From: Sphyrna mokarran
Lineage: Eukaryota
DNA length: 64,000 bases
Direction of reading: 5' to 3'
Assembly (NCBI GenBank): GCA_024679065.1
Contig: JAGIQG010000020.1
Location: forward strand, 35,898,001 to 35,962,000
Positions within the stretch are counted from its first letter, which is position 1. Every line of letters begins with the position of its first letter. Position numbers and translations under genes: made by a program. The notes beneath the pieces were generated by a model. The model was not told the origin of the DNA. It searched no databases and saw nothing but the letters and a program-made list of their open reading frames with translations. This document shows positions 1 to 12,482 of this stretch, one piece after another.

Positions 1-1723
1 TCTAAACATTATATCTTTACCCTGACCTCAGCATCAAGCAAGAGACAGAACTCCACAGAAAGGCAGCAAATATGAATAAATTTTGGTTTTGTTAACCAAC
101 AAGGGTATCCTTAATAAAATTATCCAAATAAACATCTACTGCACAGAAGAATGCAGTCTATAAACATTAGCCACAGTTTGCAAATCAGGTCATGCCAACG
201 AACAATACATAGTTTCTCTTTGAAGGTTACTAACAGAGGATGGGAAATTAGGATGAATTCTGAGGCTTGTTTGATCAGCATTAGTTGTGGAAATGATTGC
301 ATAAAATATCATGAGTAACAGTAGCTTTGAGAAACTTGAACAATACTATATATATATATAGTGTTACAGAATGAGAAAAAAATTGATGTTGTAATGCATG
401 ACATGGGGGACAAAACATACACCTGAACTAAAGAAAGGATAATTTCAAACAAGGTATTGGGAAAGAAAAGGGATACAAGTCATACTTTAATTGATTAGCT
501 GTTGTTATTTATATGTTCAATCACTCTGCCAGTGGCAATGGATTACTCTTCAATAGAAGGCCTCTTATTTTCAAAGTTTATCCACTTGCAGACGCAAAGT
601 GCTTGCACTCTGCCCAGTTTAACATGTTGCTGTCCTTGTTTTAAATGCTGCAAGACTTTATCAACCGCACTGGACTAATGACCAGAAAGTTGCAGCTGCA
701 ACTCAAGACAGACAAGAACTTACTGAAAAAACAGCATGTACAGTGAGTGTAAAAAAAATTTCCTAAAGTATTCAAATGAGAGCTGGATGAGTTACTGTTA
801 ATACCAAACATCTCAACCTAAAGGTAGGTAATTGTATGGGGAACCTTATGTGGGCCACAACCAAACTTATTCTTCAGCTCTAATGTTAATTTTCCTCACA
901 CATCTCTCACTTTCCTGATTTAATTAATTCACATCTTTTAGCTTTCCCTTTGTTTGTGTCTATGGCACAATTTATATTATGATGACGGATTTTTAAAAAA
1001 TTTTTTTGAATGATGGTATATATTTTAAAAAAGTGTCCATAACTGAATAATCTGGGGGAGGTTAATAGAGATCTGTTCTTTGTGAGAACAGATAAAAGGG
1101 CAACAGTGTTAGTTCATGCATTTGTAATGACAGATTATGGTGTGGTTAAGTTACAACTAAGTAGGTACAATCAAAAATTTGCATTATAAATTAAATGGGG
1201 AATTGGATTTCCAGCTGTTAAACTTCAAAGAGAATTTCTGAACTGACAAGGAGTTTTTATGACTTGCATGGGAAGGTTTATTGAATTATGTTGACCTGGA
1301 AGCAGATGCAATCAGAAAACATAACAGATTTTATATTTGCAAAGATTAGTCAAAGATGTGTTTAAGTATAATGGAATCTGAAATGAAGAGAAAAAAGATA
1401 TTTAAGGAAAGTGTTGGTGAGTGGCTGTGAGCAAAATGTCCTGAAGATTAGATCTGTGAAAAGTAAAAATTTTGAATTTGAAGCAGTGATCCAGTTTCAA
1501 GCCAGAAAAATGTTTTTGTTTTGTTTTTCAGAAAGCAATTTGTTTCTGAATCTTTTTGGATTTCAACATCCAAGTGCTAAAGTTAAATGATCAACAAGTT
1601 TCCCTCTGGGATCTGGCTTATTCAGCAATGATGTAGAGATGCCGGCATTGGACTGGGGTAGTAAGAACTCAGTAAGAATCTAGCAACATCAATTTTAAAT
1701 CCAACCGATTTATTTGACAGTAA

Positions 1724-1758
1724 ATTTGCAAGCTTTCGACAGTCTTCGTCAGACAAAT
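1724..1758 (-). ncRNA. Minimal type I hammerhead ribozyme (left arm)
   Basis: Minus strand reads ATTTGT-CTGACGA-AGACTGTC-GAAA-GC-TT-GCAAAT: CUGANGA and GAAA cores, stem I with one G-U pair, vestigial palindromic stem III. Confidence 0.65.
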
Positions 1759-1860
1759 GCAGTGTTCTGGTCTGCAATAGCACACATATCAACACAGTCA
1801 CAGATTGCTGATTATTAGACTGTGTGTTGATATGTGTGCTATTGCAGACCAGAACACTGC

Positions 1861-1895
1861 ATTTGCCTGACGAAGAGTGTCGAAAGCTTGCAAAT
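1861..1895 (+). ncRNA. Minimal type I hammerhead ribozyme (right arm)
   Basis: ATTTGC-CTGACGA-AGAGTGTC-GAAA-GC-TT-GCAAAT. Stem I is 6 bp (ATTTGC/GCAAAT). Architecture matches PLE-associated minimal hammerheads. Confidence 0.7.
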
Positions 1896-2823
1896 TTACT
1901 ATCAAATAAAATCAGTTGGATTTAAAATTGGTGTTACTAGATTCTTACTGAGTTATTCAGCAATATCAGCTGTAATCATAACACTGGGTAATCCTATATT
2001 TTCTACAGAATTATTTATAACTTTTTTAATTTGATGCCATAGCCCTATCTTTCCTGCCCAATCTGGAAACATCAGCATTTCTTCATCATTATTAAATCAA
2101 ATTATTGAATTCAACCTATTATTGTTGGAGTCAGCACAATTGCCACAGGTTTGTCCCAACGCTGCTCAAGAAAGTAGTCTTCTCAGGAGCTAACCAGGAA
2201 CAAATATACAAAGTAACTCATTAGCCACAGTAATCTAAAAGATGTTTCTTCAATATTTAGTTCTAAAAATGTGCCAATTAAGTAATCAAATTGACCATGA
2301 AACAAGGGGGTATTGTTAACAGGAGGTTGACTTCTGTTGTAAAATTTAATGAACAAATGTACTTGTACAAAGCTTCCTAAATATATTTTAAAATAATTAC
2401 TTTGCTACAATTCATTTTTCATGAATCCTTATCTAAAACTAACTACTGAATATAGGGTATCATAGTTAAATTCAAGCTAAGTCTCATTCAACAGTACAAA
2501 TGAAAATTTCATTGGATTCCTGTTTGAAGAAACATGGATGATTTTATCAAGCCTAGCCAAGGTGAATAGGACTTGCACTTTCTCTCCATCTTAAATGTTA
2601 TCTCCTCAAAGCATATATTATGACAATTGCATTAGCATTAGTTAACCTTTGTCACCTCACCAAGTGCATTATACCTATGGCTGAGGCTGAACCTTTGAGC
2701 CTCTGCATCCCTTGTCCATGGAAATGGGGTGGCTGCTCAAATCTGGAAAATGACACTCATGCTGGGAAGTTTCCAAATTCTGATCTTCCCACCCTTGTCA
2801 GCAGAGCGGCATGAAACATTGCA

Positions 2824-5800
2824 GGACTGATTTTAACACATTAGCGAGCACTCTCCCAAACTTACCCTCTCACTGAATATTTAACAGATGCTGGTATGAG
2901 CAGCCAGCACCATAGGGTGTTCGCTGCCTATGGAGCAAAGACACAGATGGGTGACACAAGCGCTGGGGCACCCATAATCACCATATTGAAACTACAGCTC
3001 CAACAAGCCTTTCGGCCCACAAGTTGCACCAAACATGTCCCTATCTACTAGGCATACCTATAAACCCTCCATCTTACTAGGTTCCATGTACTTATCCAAA
3101 AGTTTCTTAAAGAAACATTATCTGCTTCCTCCATCACCGCTGGCAGACGACTCCACTCACTCACCACCCTCAGTGAAAAATTTACGTCTGACATCTGTGC
3201 TTACTCCCCAGCAGCCTAAACCTGTGTCCTGTTGTGGCAACCATTTCAGCCCTGGGGAAAAAGTGTCTGAGAATCCACTTGATCAATACCAAATCATTGT
3301 ATCCACCCCAAGCCCCAATGCAAGATGTGATGGTCTGTCATCATGCAACATACTCAAGGTCATGACAGGGTGTATTGGCAGCATCCCTTTTCAGGATGCA
3401 AACATTGGTCACCATTCGACTGCCCTCTGACATGTCAGGTTTCTTTTTGAGTGACTGGGTGGGGTGGGGGGTGGGCCTGGGCCTCAAACCCTTTAGCTCA
3501 TTGTGGTTTTCTCCTCTTTGAAGTGTGGGGTCTGGAAGATCATGGAGCCTGTTAAGTTGTCTATCCTAATTATTGGCATAAAGCAGTGGCAGTGACACCA
3601 ATACGTTGCAGCACCTCGCCAGGACTAGTGCCCTGCCAAGGAGGAAGGAGTTGGTCCTTTTGCTGTTCAAGGAGCAGCAAGACAGATACATAGTTAATTG
3701 GCCAAAGGTATTCCAATAATCAATCATACTAGCATATGTCAGATGCACTCCTGTAGAAGGTTGCATCTGTCCTAGGAGGAATGGTGGACCACTTTTATCA
3801 GACCCTGCAAGAACTAGCACCACATGGAATAGAAGGACCCACTCCGGTGGCCCAAACTCTCAGCAACTCTGAATTTCTATGTGACTGGCTCATTCCAGGG
3901 CAGCACGGGTGACCTGAATGCTTCTGGGAAGTCTCAGCTGCTCTTTTTGCAAGGGGTTAGATGTATATCAACTTGGACCAGGCTAGATAAGATGCCAGGG
4001 CTATGGGCTTCATCTTCAAGTCAGATTGCCCCAGGTGCAAAGACTGACTTCACCTCCATGGCCCTGTACGCTCCATGGCATCAGATTGCACAAGGGATAC
4101 TCATCTCAATTTGTAGCTCATCTGTGACCACACAATGCACATCATGCAAGTGTGTGCCATTTCCTCAGGAGCATTCATGACAGCTACATCATGGGGTGCT
4201 CTCAGATTCCAGCCATCTTTTGAGGGAGAGGGACAGCTGGAGGGATAACTAGTGCAGAGGCCACAAACACTAGTTGAGACCGAGGTTCACATTTCAACAC
4301 ACATCCTGGTCCAGGAGGCGATTGGCCTGCCAATGATAAGGTTCTGATAACTGGATCAGTCAGGGTGTGCCCTACGATTTCCTCCCCTTACTTCTGAGGG
4401 TCTTCCACATCATTGTTGTCTGCTGTGCTCTCCTCAACGTAGCTGCTTCAGAAGTGAGACCACCTGTATGTGATGGAAATGTTGAGGGTGAGGCAGAAGC
4501 CCAGCAGTGCTCGGGTGCTGATTGGGCTGATGTGCTGGAGATAGCTACGTAGGTCTTGCTTTGGGGAAGCAGAATTAGGAGCAACTTGCTTGCCCACCAA
4601 TTATGTGGTGCCAGCATTAGCCTAATAGGCTCCTATTCTGTTGCCAGGCATCATGATCAGGACACTGATTCCATGAATGGAACTCTGTAGAGAGTAACAG
4701 TAGTTTGCATTGAGAACAGAGCAATTCTCTTCCTCAGGTGATATGTCTGAGGCCTGTGTGACAGAGGCCTTAACATGTCCTGTCAATGAATGGGTTTATC
4801 ATAGGACTTAGAAATGCAGATTGTGTAGCATCAGTTACTACAGGCTCTACTCAGGGGTCCTGGTGCTCACATTCATCCTGCAGCCAGATGCAGCAATGAG
4901 GACTTGTCATATGGTCTTGTTAGTAAAACCAGAGTCAGAGGGTGCATCCTGGCACAATTCACTGGTCACCCTAGTGCTGCTCACCAGGCATTGGGCACTG
5001 CCAAGGAGTGAGGCCCAGATGGAAGTGCCGCCTGTGTGGTGGCAACATAGTACTGTCATTCTCACACTTCACAGGGTGATACCACAGACAAGGTGGAAGC
5101 TCTGTAGGTGAACAAAGTGAAATTTAATGCCAAATATTCAATACAAAATTATCTACTCTGGTGCCTATATTTACCCATGCACACTAAGTATCTACAATTT
5201 TTTTTAAACCTTCTTCACCCTCATGTTACACCTAGGTCTATCCCCAGGATCCAAAGCACACCCTATGCCAAGGTCTCCAATGCAGATGCCATCCTCACTG
5301 TGCTGCAGTGACAACACTATCTCCTTGGGTTGATGGCAATGGGATTCTTCCTTGCAATCTAAGGAGGGATGCTTCATCCCTTTCTGCCTTTGCAGCTGTG
5401 GCAAGGGGTCAGTAGTCCTAGCTCTACATCCTTCCAAGTTTCAGTTCCCTGGAACATCACTGTCTTCAAATGCTGTGGATTTTTAGTTGTAGGTTCACAC
5501 CAGTGAGTGTTCCAGAAGCCTGTCTACTTAGTAATCCCAGCTAAGTGAGTATCTGCACCAGGTGCCAGGTGTGGGTGACAGCTGTGATGCCTCAATGATG
5601 GAGTTGGCAAAGTCCCTCTGGCTGGAATCTGTGGGACCAGTGGCCCAAGGATGATGCAGTTTGTTCTTCTGGCCAATCTACAAGAGAAGGAACATGGGGG
5701 ATATGGAGAAGTACTGATTACATACTTGAGGAAGAATAGTATGTGTTCTAAATTTTCATGTTCTTCTGCTATCCACTTCTAGCACAGCAGGTACAGTCTT

Positions 5801-6265
5801 CCTCCTCCCCAGCCAGCTTGCGGAATTGCTTGGATTTTCAGGCTCAGGTATGACTCTAGCTCACTGTGCCTACCCATGCCTGTCGTGGTTAGCTGGTTCT
5901 GCAGTGACAGATCGGGAGAGTGTTGACATTTAAGATGGTGATAGGGCATCTTCAGAAGGTGTAGCATCATCCAGAGGGTCCCTTCTTGGATGCCACATGA
6001 TGCATCCAGCTGAGGTTTACAATGCTGTCATTGTAAAATAAGTACTGGGAGCCATTGATAGGAAGCTCTCCAGTGGTTGCACCAGTTCAGTCATTGAGAC
6101 GTAGGTGAATCAGATGAAATACATGCAAGTTTGGTGTGATGCTTGAGCACACAAGTCACCTCTAGTGAGGTGTAAGACTTGACCTGAAACACCAGCATCA
6201 TTGTGGGAAGCCTCATTTTTGTGCCAGGATCAATGCTCTGCAAATCTATGGTAAGATTTTAACCC
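2824..6265. mobile_element. Degenerate Harbinger/PIF DNA transposon
   Basis: Contains a decayed HARBI1-like transposase. Ends GGACTGATTTTAAC and GTAAGATTTTAACCC resemble degenerate terminal inverted repeats. A CR1-like fragment is nested at ~3005-3290. Confidence 0.6.
3740..4450 (+). pseudogene. Harbinger (HARBI1-like) DDE transposase relic
   Basis: Frameshifted peptides LICDHTMHIMQVCA, QEAIGLPMIRF..LDQSG and RVFHIIVVCCALLNVA match the Harbinger motifs VCDH, IEQTIG.LK.RFRCLD.SGG and IIVVCC.LHN. Confidence 0.8.
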
Positions 6266-8801
6266 TATTTTGTACGAAAGCTAAATGTTAGGGTGGTGTC
6301 ATAAAGAGTTCCAGTGATACAATGATGTGAGCTTCTGCACAACAACTGGGATGGGAGGGTGATTAGAATAATGTTTTTTATTTTGTATTCAGTAAATCCA
6401 ATATATACATGGAATTCACATATTTAAGTTTGCTGAAATACATGTTATCCATATAATATTTATCTAATCATTTGATAAACTTTACCCTTCTCATGCAAAA
6501 TAACATCCTGAATAGAACTCAATCATGTCACACATTTCCCCATGGCAGGAGTGTGGCAATGTTTAATGATAAAATCTGAATCAGCAGCCAATAATTGAGC
6601 AACTATATAAATGTGAGGATTATCTAATCTAAATAATGGTGATACATTTGAACCAAAAATCACATTCTGGATGAAATTTTTTTTTTTTTTTTAAAAACAA
6701 CCAGTATCCAAATCAAGAACTTGAGTGCATCAGTGTCCATTCTTCATTCAAGGAATGAGAAAACCCACAGATGACAACAATTGTCAACTATTAGAATTGT
6801 TTGAGGTGGATGGTAATGGAAGGAGTCAAGAAAAATTGAGTTTCACTTGTATTCCAATCAGAATATATTCCATAACATGGAGATTATTAATTTCTGCTTC
6901 ACTCTATGGTGCCCTCTTGAAGTTATATACAGGAAAGGCTCATTTTTAATACTCAAGGCACTCATTATTTCCAGTTGCTAGACAAAAAAGTTAGTGATTT
7001 TTTTCATAGTTTTAAAATGTAAGCAGTGATTATAAATAGTTTCAATTTGGGCAGTCAACATCAGAACTGGGAAATACTGGTTAATGAAACCTCTAGTGAC
7101 AGATGTGTTGTCTTTTTGACCTCATTCTCATACATAACAAAACTGTTGATATTGGCAAGTGTTCCATGTGACAAAGAAAACAATCTTTTGAATATGTCAC
7201 TCAAATTAGACCATGGGTTTACTATTGTTGAATTTGGTTTTAAATCTGCTTGATCCTTCAGTCCTTTTTTTTTAAATTGAACCATGATACCTTACTGTGT
7301 GCCAGCAAAACAGAATCTTGGGCAGCATTTCAATAGCTACCAAGACATTTGTAATTTTATACCTTCTATCATTGTTATTAAAGTTGAACAGCTGCAATAT
7401 TATCCCTTACTTCAGTGCAAGCCATTAAATCACATCATGGCACACTTCAGAAATGTTAAAAATTTAAAACGCTGCTAGAATTTTCTCTTCTGCAGAATCA
7501 AATGAGAATATTACAAGCATTTATATTAAGGTGCTGTTATTTCAATTCATGGTTATTTATAATATACACCAAATGAACCATTGCTCAGAATCCAGCTTTG
7601 TCAGTCATCGATAAAGATCCTTTCAGCTGTACCTGCAGCTTCATTTTTTGTGCAGATCATTAAAACAGGAGGAGAGAATGTAACAGTAGCATATTAGCAT
7701 AATGCTAAGTAATGCAAATTCAGATCATTCCCTCATTTCACTCCCCTTAGAGTTGTGGAAGGAGGTTTTGAATCAGCTAGCAGTTCCACAGGCAGATTTT
7801 TAGTTTTTAGCAATAGCTTGGAGGGAAAGGGTCAAGGTCATTTTTACCGAACAAGATAATGTTAACAATTTGCTCATGTGAATGCAACAACAAAACTAAA
7901 ATGATTTTAATTAACTATTCATGGGTTAAACTACGTCACAAAAATATACATTTAAATATTATTTGTTTGCCTCAGTTAAAACACGAGCACTGCAGAAATA
8001 ATGATAGGAGTTCAAATACTTAATAGCTAAAATCTTAGTCAGCAGAATATACATCATAGTTGAGTCCCAGACAATTATTGAAATAGCTTTGAAATAATAA
8101 AGCTTCCAGGTATCTTTTCATGGGCCGAGAAGAGTTTCTTTATCAGATTTTTTTTTTTTGGAAATGTGTCTTTGGGAATGTATTAGGATAGAGGCATCTT
8201 TAGCAACAAAGAAATTAGTCTTGTCAAACGGAAGAAATCCTGTATCAAGATAGACAAATGAAATATCATTAAAGTAACACTGGCTGAGCTGGTCTGTTTT
8301 TGGATTGAATGTTAATATGAAATGAAATTTTCTCTCACCTAATTAGGAGTATCCTAGATAGTGGAAGGTATAACTGTACTGTAACTTGGCTCAATGCCTT
8401 AAATCTTGAGTGTTCTTGTAGCATTGACTCAGAGCTTTTCCACTACTCAAAGGCCTCCCGACAGCCAGTTAATGTTTTGTTTGTCTTATGATTTTCATGT
8501 TTTTAACTAAAATTTAGTTACATCTCAAGCAGAGAACCTTGCATTTGAATTTAAGTTTTAAGTTTTAACTAACTAAGTTTAAGAAAATCATGCCAAAGAG
8601 TTCCCCCATTTACAAGCATGCTTTCAGAGAATATCACAATCGCAGTGCAGAAGAACTCTGGCCTACCAAGTCTGCACCAATCACAGCACACTCCCAATCC
8701 TCTCATTCCCACCAACTGCCACCCCCATTATCCAACCCCTGCCAGTTGCAGTCTCCATTCCCCCCACCCCATGATCCATTGCCACCTGTGATCCACAATT
8801 A

Positions 8802-8929
8802 GGGCCTCACTCCTTGGCAGTGCCCAATGCCTGGTGAGCAACACTAGGGTGACCAGTGAATGATGCCAGGATGTGCCCTCAATGACTCTGGTCTGACTAA
8901 CAAGACCATATGACAAGTCCCCATTGCTG
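8802..8929 (-). repeat. Inverted copy of 4891-5016
   Basis: Reverse complement aligns to 4891-5016 with few differences. Both ORF-track peptides contain SLVTLVLLTRHWALPRSEA. Confidence 0.9.
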
Positions 8930-9240
8930 GGACCAAATGTGATGAGGACCATACATTATATTCACCATGAAGGCAAGTGAACCCAGATGAGTCTGCTGGA
9001 CGATTCCACCCAGGCTCACTAATACTTTCATTAAGATTTAAATATTATCAGCTTTGCCACCAGGGCTTGTACTGGCTTCATTACACCAGTAGTATTATGA
9101 GAGGCATGAAACAGGCTGAAAGCCAGTTTTTCACCTCTTTCAAGATCTTACTAGCTCGTGGATTGACCAGTGGGACAAGATGGTAAGATCACCTCCATCA
9201 TCTCTCCTTACTGCAGGTAACTGACGAACTAATAATCGCA

Positions 9241-9530
9241 AAATCCTACAACGCAGGAGACCATTCAGCCCATCGAGTCTGCACCAACCATAATCCCTAT
9301 CTCCATAACCCCATCTATTTACCCTAGCTAGTTCCCCTGACATTAAAGGAATAATTTAGCATAGCCAATCCACCTAACCTGCACATCTTTGAACTGAGGG
9401 GGGAAACCAGGGCACCCCAAGGAAATCCATGCAGACATGGGTGACTGAGACACAGAGGGACACAGGCCAGAACTGAACCCAGATCTCTGCTGCTGTGAGG
9501 CAGCAGTGCTAACCACTGTGCCACCATACT
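9241..9530 (-). mobile_element. HE1-like tRNA-derived V-SINE
   Basis: Minus strand has head GGTGGCACAGTGGTTAGCACTGCTGCCTCACAGC, a V-domain and GGTTAGGTGGATTGGCTATGCTAAATT, then a LINE-like tail. Confidence 0.9.
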
Positions 9531-9539
9531 ACTCAGTAA

Positions 9540-10600
9540 TAAGGCAGTATCTCCTCATCATACCCCCTCACATGTCTCATTCTGTACCCTGGAATGTTGA
9601 GCTACCAATCCTATCGCTCCCACAAGCGCATCTCTATGATGGCTACGATATCTCAATTCCATGTGTCAATCCTTGCCTTTATCTCTAATACCCTGAGCAT
9701 TAATGTAACCTTGCCTTACTCCTTTGAAACCCAATATTCCCTCATTCTTGATTGTTTTACTGTATTATGCTATGACCCTATTCTGTGAACAGTTTATGTC
9801 CCCTCCCCCTAACAAATTACTTTAAATTCCCTCCAACAACACTAGCAAACCTGCCCACAAAAATTAGTCCCCTTCTGGTTCAAATGTAGACTGTCCCGCT
9901 TGGATAGGTCCCACCTTCCCCAGAAATTCTCTCTGATCCAGGAATTTATAAACATCTCTCCTGCACCAATTCTTAATCTATGCATTCAGCTGTTCTATTC
10001 TCCTATTACTATGCTCGCAACATTGGATTACTCCCAGTGTCAGAGGTTATAACCGAAGATGTCCCACTTTTTATATCGACTGCCTAGTCCCTTGCATTCT
10101 CGATTGCAAGATCTCATCCCACTTTCTACCAATGTACCTTTGACAAAGTCATCCAGATTTAAAATATTGGCTCTACAGCCTCTGCCTTCCTCTTCAGGAT
10201 ACCCTACAGCCAGTGACATCCCTGATGCCTGGCAGCAGCAAGGCAACACTGTCCTGGAATCACATTTGTGGCCACAGTGAATCCTCCATTACAATGGTTC
10301 TTCCTTCCCTCATGTAAAGATGGGCTGCACGTTGTCCCAGAAATTTTGTACACTATGGAAATAGGACCTTGAGGGACTCTAATGACCTGCCTGTATTCTT
10401 GGACTGTCTAGTGGTCACCCATTCCCTTCCTTCTCCAAGTCAAATCAGCTGTGGTTGACTCCTCTTTAAAAGTGCTATCCACATTACTCTCAGACTTGTG
10501 GATGGTCTTCAAAGTCCCCACCTGTCTTTCCAGCTCTGAAACCAGAGCTCCAAGGAGTTGCAGCTGGAACATGCTGCAAGGTGTTTCTGGAGTCATCCAA
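9540..10600 (-). mobile_element. Decayed CR1 LINE fragment (ORF1 to start of ORF2)
   Basis: Peptide remnant LVSELERQVGTLKTIH and an esterase-like region typical of CR1 ORF1; multiple disruptions. Confidence 0.55.
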
Positions 10601-11379
10601 TTCGTGTTTTACAGCTGTGAAATGAAGTCCTGGTATCAGTCTTAAAGTTTTGAAGATCATGAAAACTTATTCAAGTACTTGATTTTACATGTATTCACTC
10701 AAGATTCTGCCCAAATTGCAACATAGTGCATTACTCGTAAATTTTTTATGCCACTTCAATGGAAATCTTTTTAGTCTTAAGTGAAATTATTATTTCATCA
10801 GCTTAAGGCAGGATTTTTGCTTCTGAGTAGGGAATGCCGAGTCAGGAAAATTCCAGATTCCACAAACCCAACTTGGGAAAGGAGTACCAAGATGTTCTAA
10901 TTTTCATTTGGGGGTTCATTGTCTGCCTGCCACCCCTGGAAACAGTGCAGAGGCAAGCTCGCAGGATGCACCAGTTGCAGTGAGAGAGATCAGCCTTGGT
11001 TCAATACGACTTGTAAGAAAGAGAATAAAGCCCTCAGCTGTCCCATGTCCCATCCATGCCAGCTCAAGCCACTGTATGACCCCCCCCACCTCTATGGAGT
11101 CTCATCTTCCATGCCAGTTTATTTCTCACCATGACACTTAATAGCCTCTATGCCAACTTGGCACCAAATCATGTGCTTACACCAGTATTCACCATGGGCA
11201 GACCTCCAGAACCATGCATAGATGAAATTAAGTTCTAATTATCTTTTGATGACTTTATTTAAAAATAGTGCTTGATATAAAAAAATTCAGTAATTTAAAT
11301 TCCTTCAATGATTCAATCCTTCATAATGTTTTCAAGTATTGAATCCCTTTATAAAAGGACCTTTTGCACTTGTTGCCAC

Positions 11380-12482
11380 AAAGAACAGATTAGCACAAGA
11401 ACAGACCCTTTGCCTCTCCAAGTCTGTGCTGATCATGATGTCCTAACCAAACTAAAAAAACCTTCTGCCTACATTCCAGTCTGTATCCTCCTTTCATGTA
11501 CCTATCCAGTTGCCTTAAATGTTGCCACCATGCCTACTTCTCCCACATCCTCTAACAGCGGGTTTCAAGCACCCAGCACACACTTCATGAAAAACTTCCC
11601 CTATGCATCTTCCTTAAAACTTTTCCCCTCTTACCTTGAACCTGTGCCCCCTTATAATTGACACTCCTTTCCCCTTCCCAAGCAGAAGCCTTTGACTATC
11701 TACCAGCCTATGTCTCCCATAATTTTGTAGAACTATCAGATCTTCCCTCAGCCTCTATCTTTCTAGTGAAAAGAAATCTTCATTTATTCAACCTCTCTTC
11801 ATAGTTCACCAAGTGTTGCCTGTCTTTGCACACTCTCCAAAGCTTCTACATCCTTCTGGTGACCAGAACTGCACACAATATTCCAAATATGGCCTAAATC
11901 AGGTTTTAAAGTAGCTGCAACATGATTTCCCAATTCTTCCACTCAATGCCTCGTAAATGCTTGAAGGCAGGCATGCCATATGCCTTCTTAATCATCTTAG
12001 CCACCTGTGTTGCCATTTTTGAGAATCATGAACCTGCATGCGCAGATCCCTCTGCATGTTAATGTTCCCTTCACACCTAAACTTGACTCTCCAAAATACA
12101 TCAACTCGTATTTCTCCAGATTAAATTTAATGTACCATTCTGTGCACTGAAGACTCCAATCAATCTATCTTTATCTGTTGTATCCTGTGACAATCCCTGG
12201 CACTAAAAACTCCACCAGTCTGTGTTGCCTGCAAACTGACTAGTCAGACTGCCCACATCTTTCTCCAGATCATTTATGTATGCTACAAACAAGAGCCCAG
12301 CACAGATCTCTGCTGAAACCACTAGTTAGATTTCTATTCTGAAAAATACCCTTCCACCACCACTCATATAACCAAGCCAGTGCAGTATTTATCTAGCCAG
12401 CTGACACCAAATCCCACATGATTAGTTTTTGTTTCAGTCTGCCATGTGGGAGACTGTCAAGTGCTTTACTGAAGTCCATACA
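11380..12482 (-). mobile_element. Decayed CR1 LINE, 3' part
   Basis: Minus strand carries YMDFSKALD (DFSKAFD), FAGNT (FADDT remnant) and YCVQFW remnants. Confidence 0.8.

Larger units (their letters stand above)
1630..1952. mobile_element. Non-autonomous foldback element derived from Penelope-like pseudo-LTRs
   Basis: Arms of ~130 bp are inverted (~1667-1799 vs ~1818-1954). A 12-bp direct repeat TTATTCAGCAAT flanks it (1618-1629, 1953-1964). Head GATGTAGAGATGCCGGCATTGGACTGGGGTA matches the start of the Penelope remnant at ~26616. Confidence 0.85.

Noticed and set aside
11883-11892. CArG box CCAAATATGG
   Set aside because: Lies within a decayed CR1 coding remnant; probably a chance variant.
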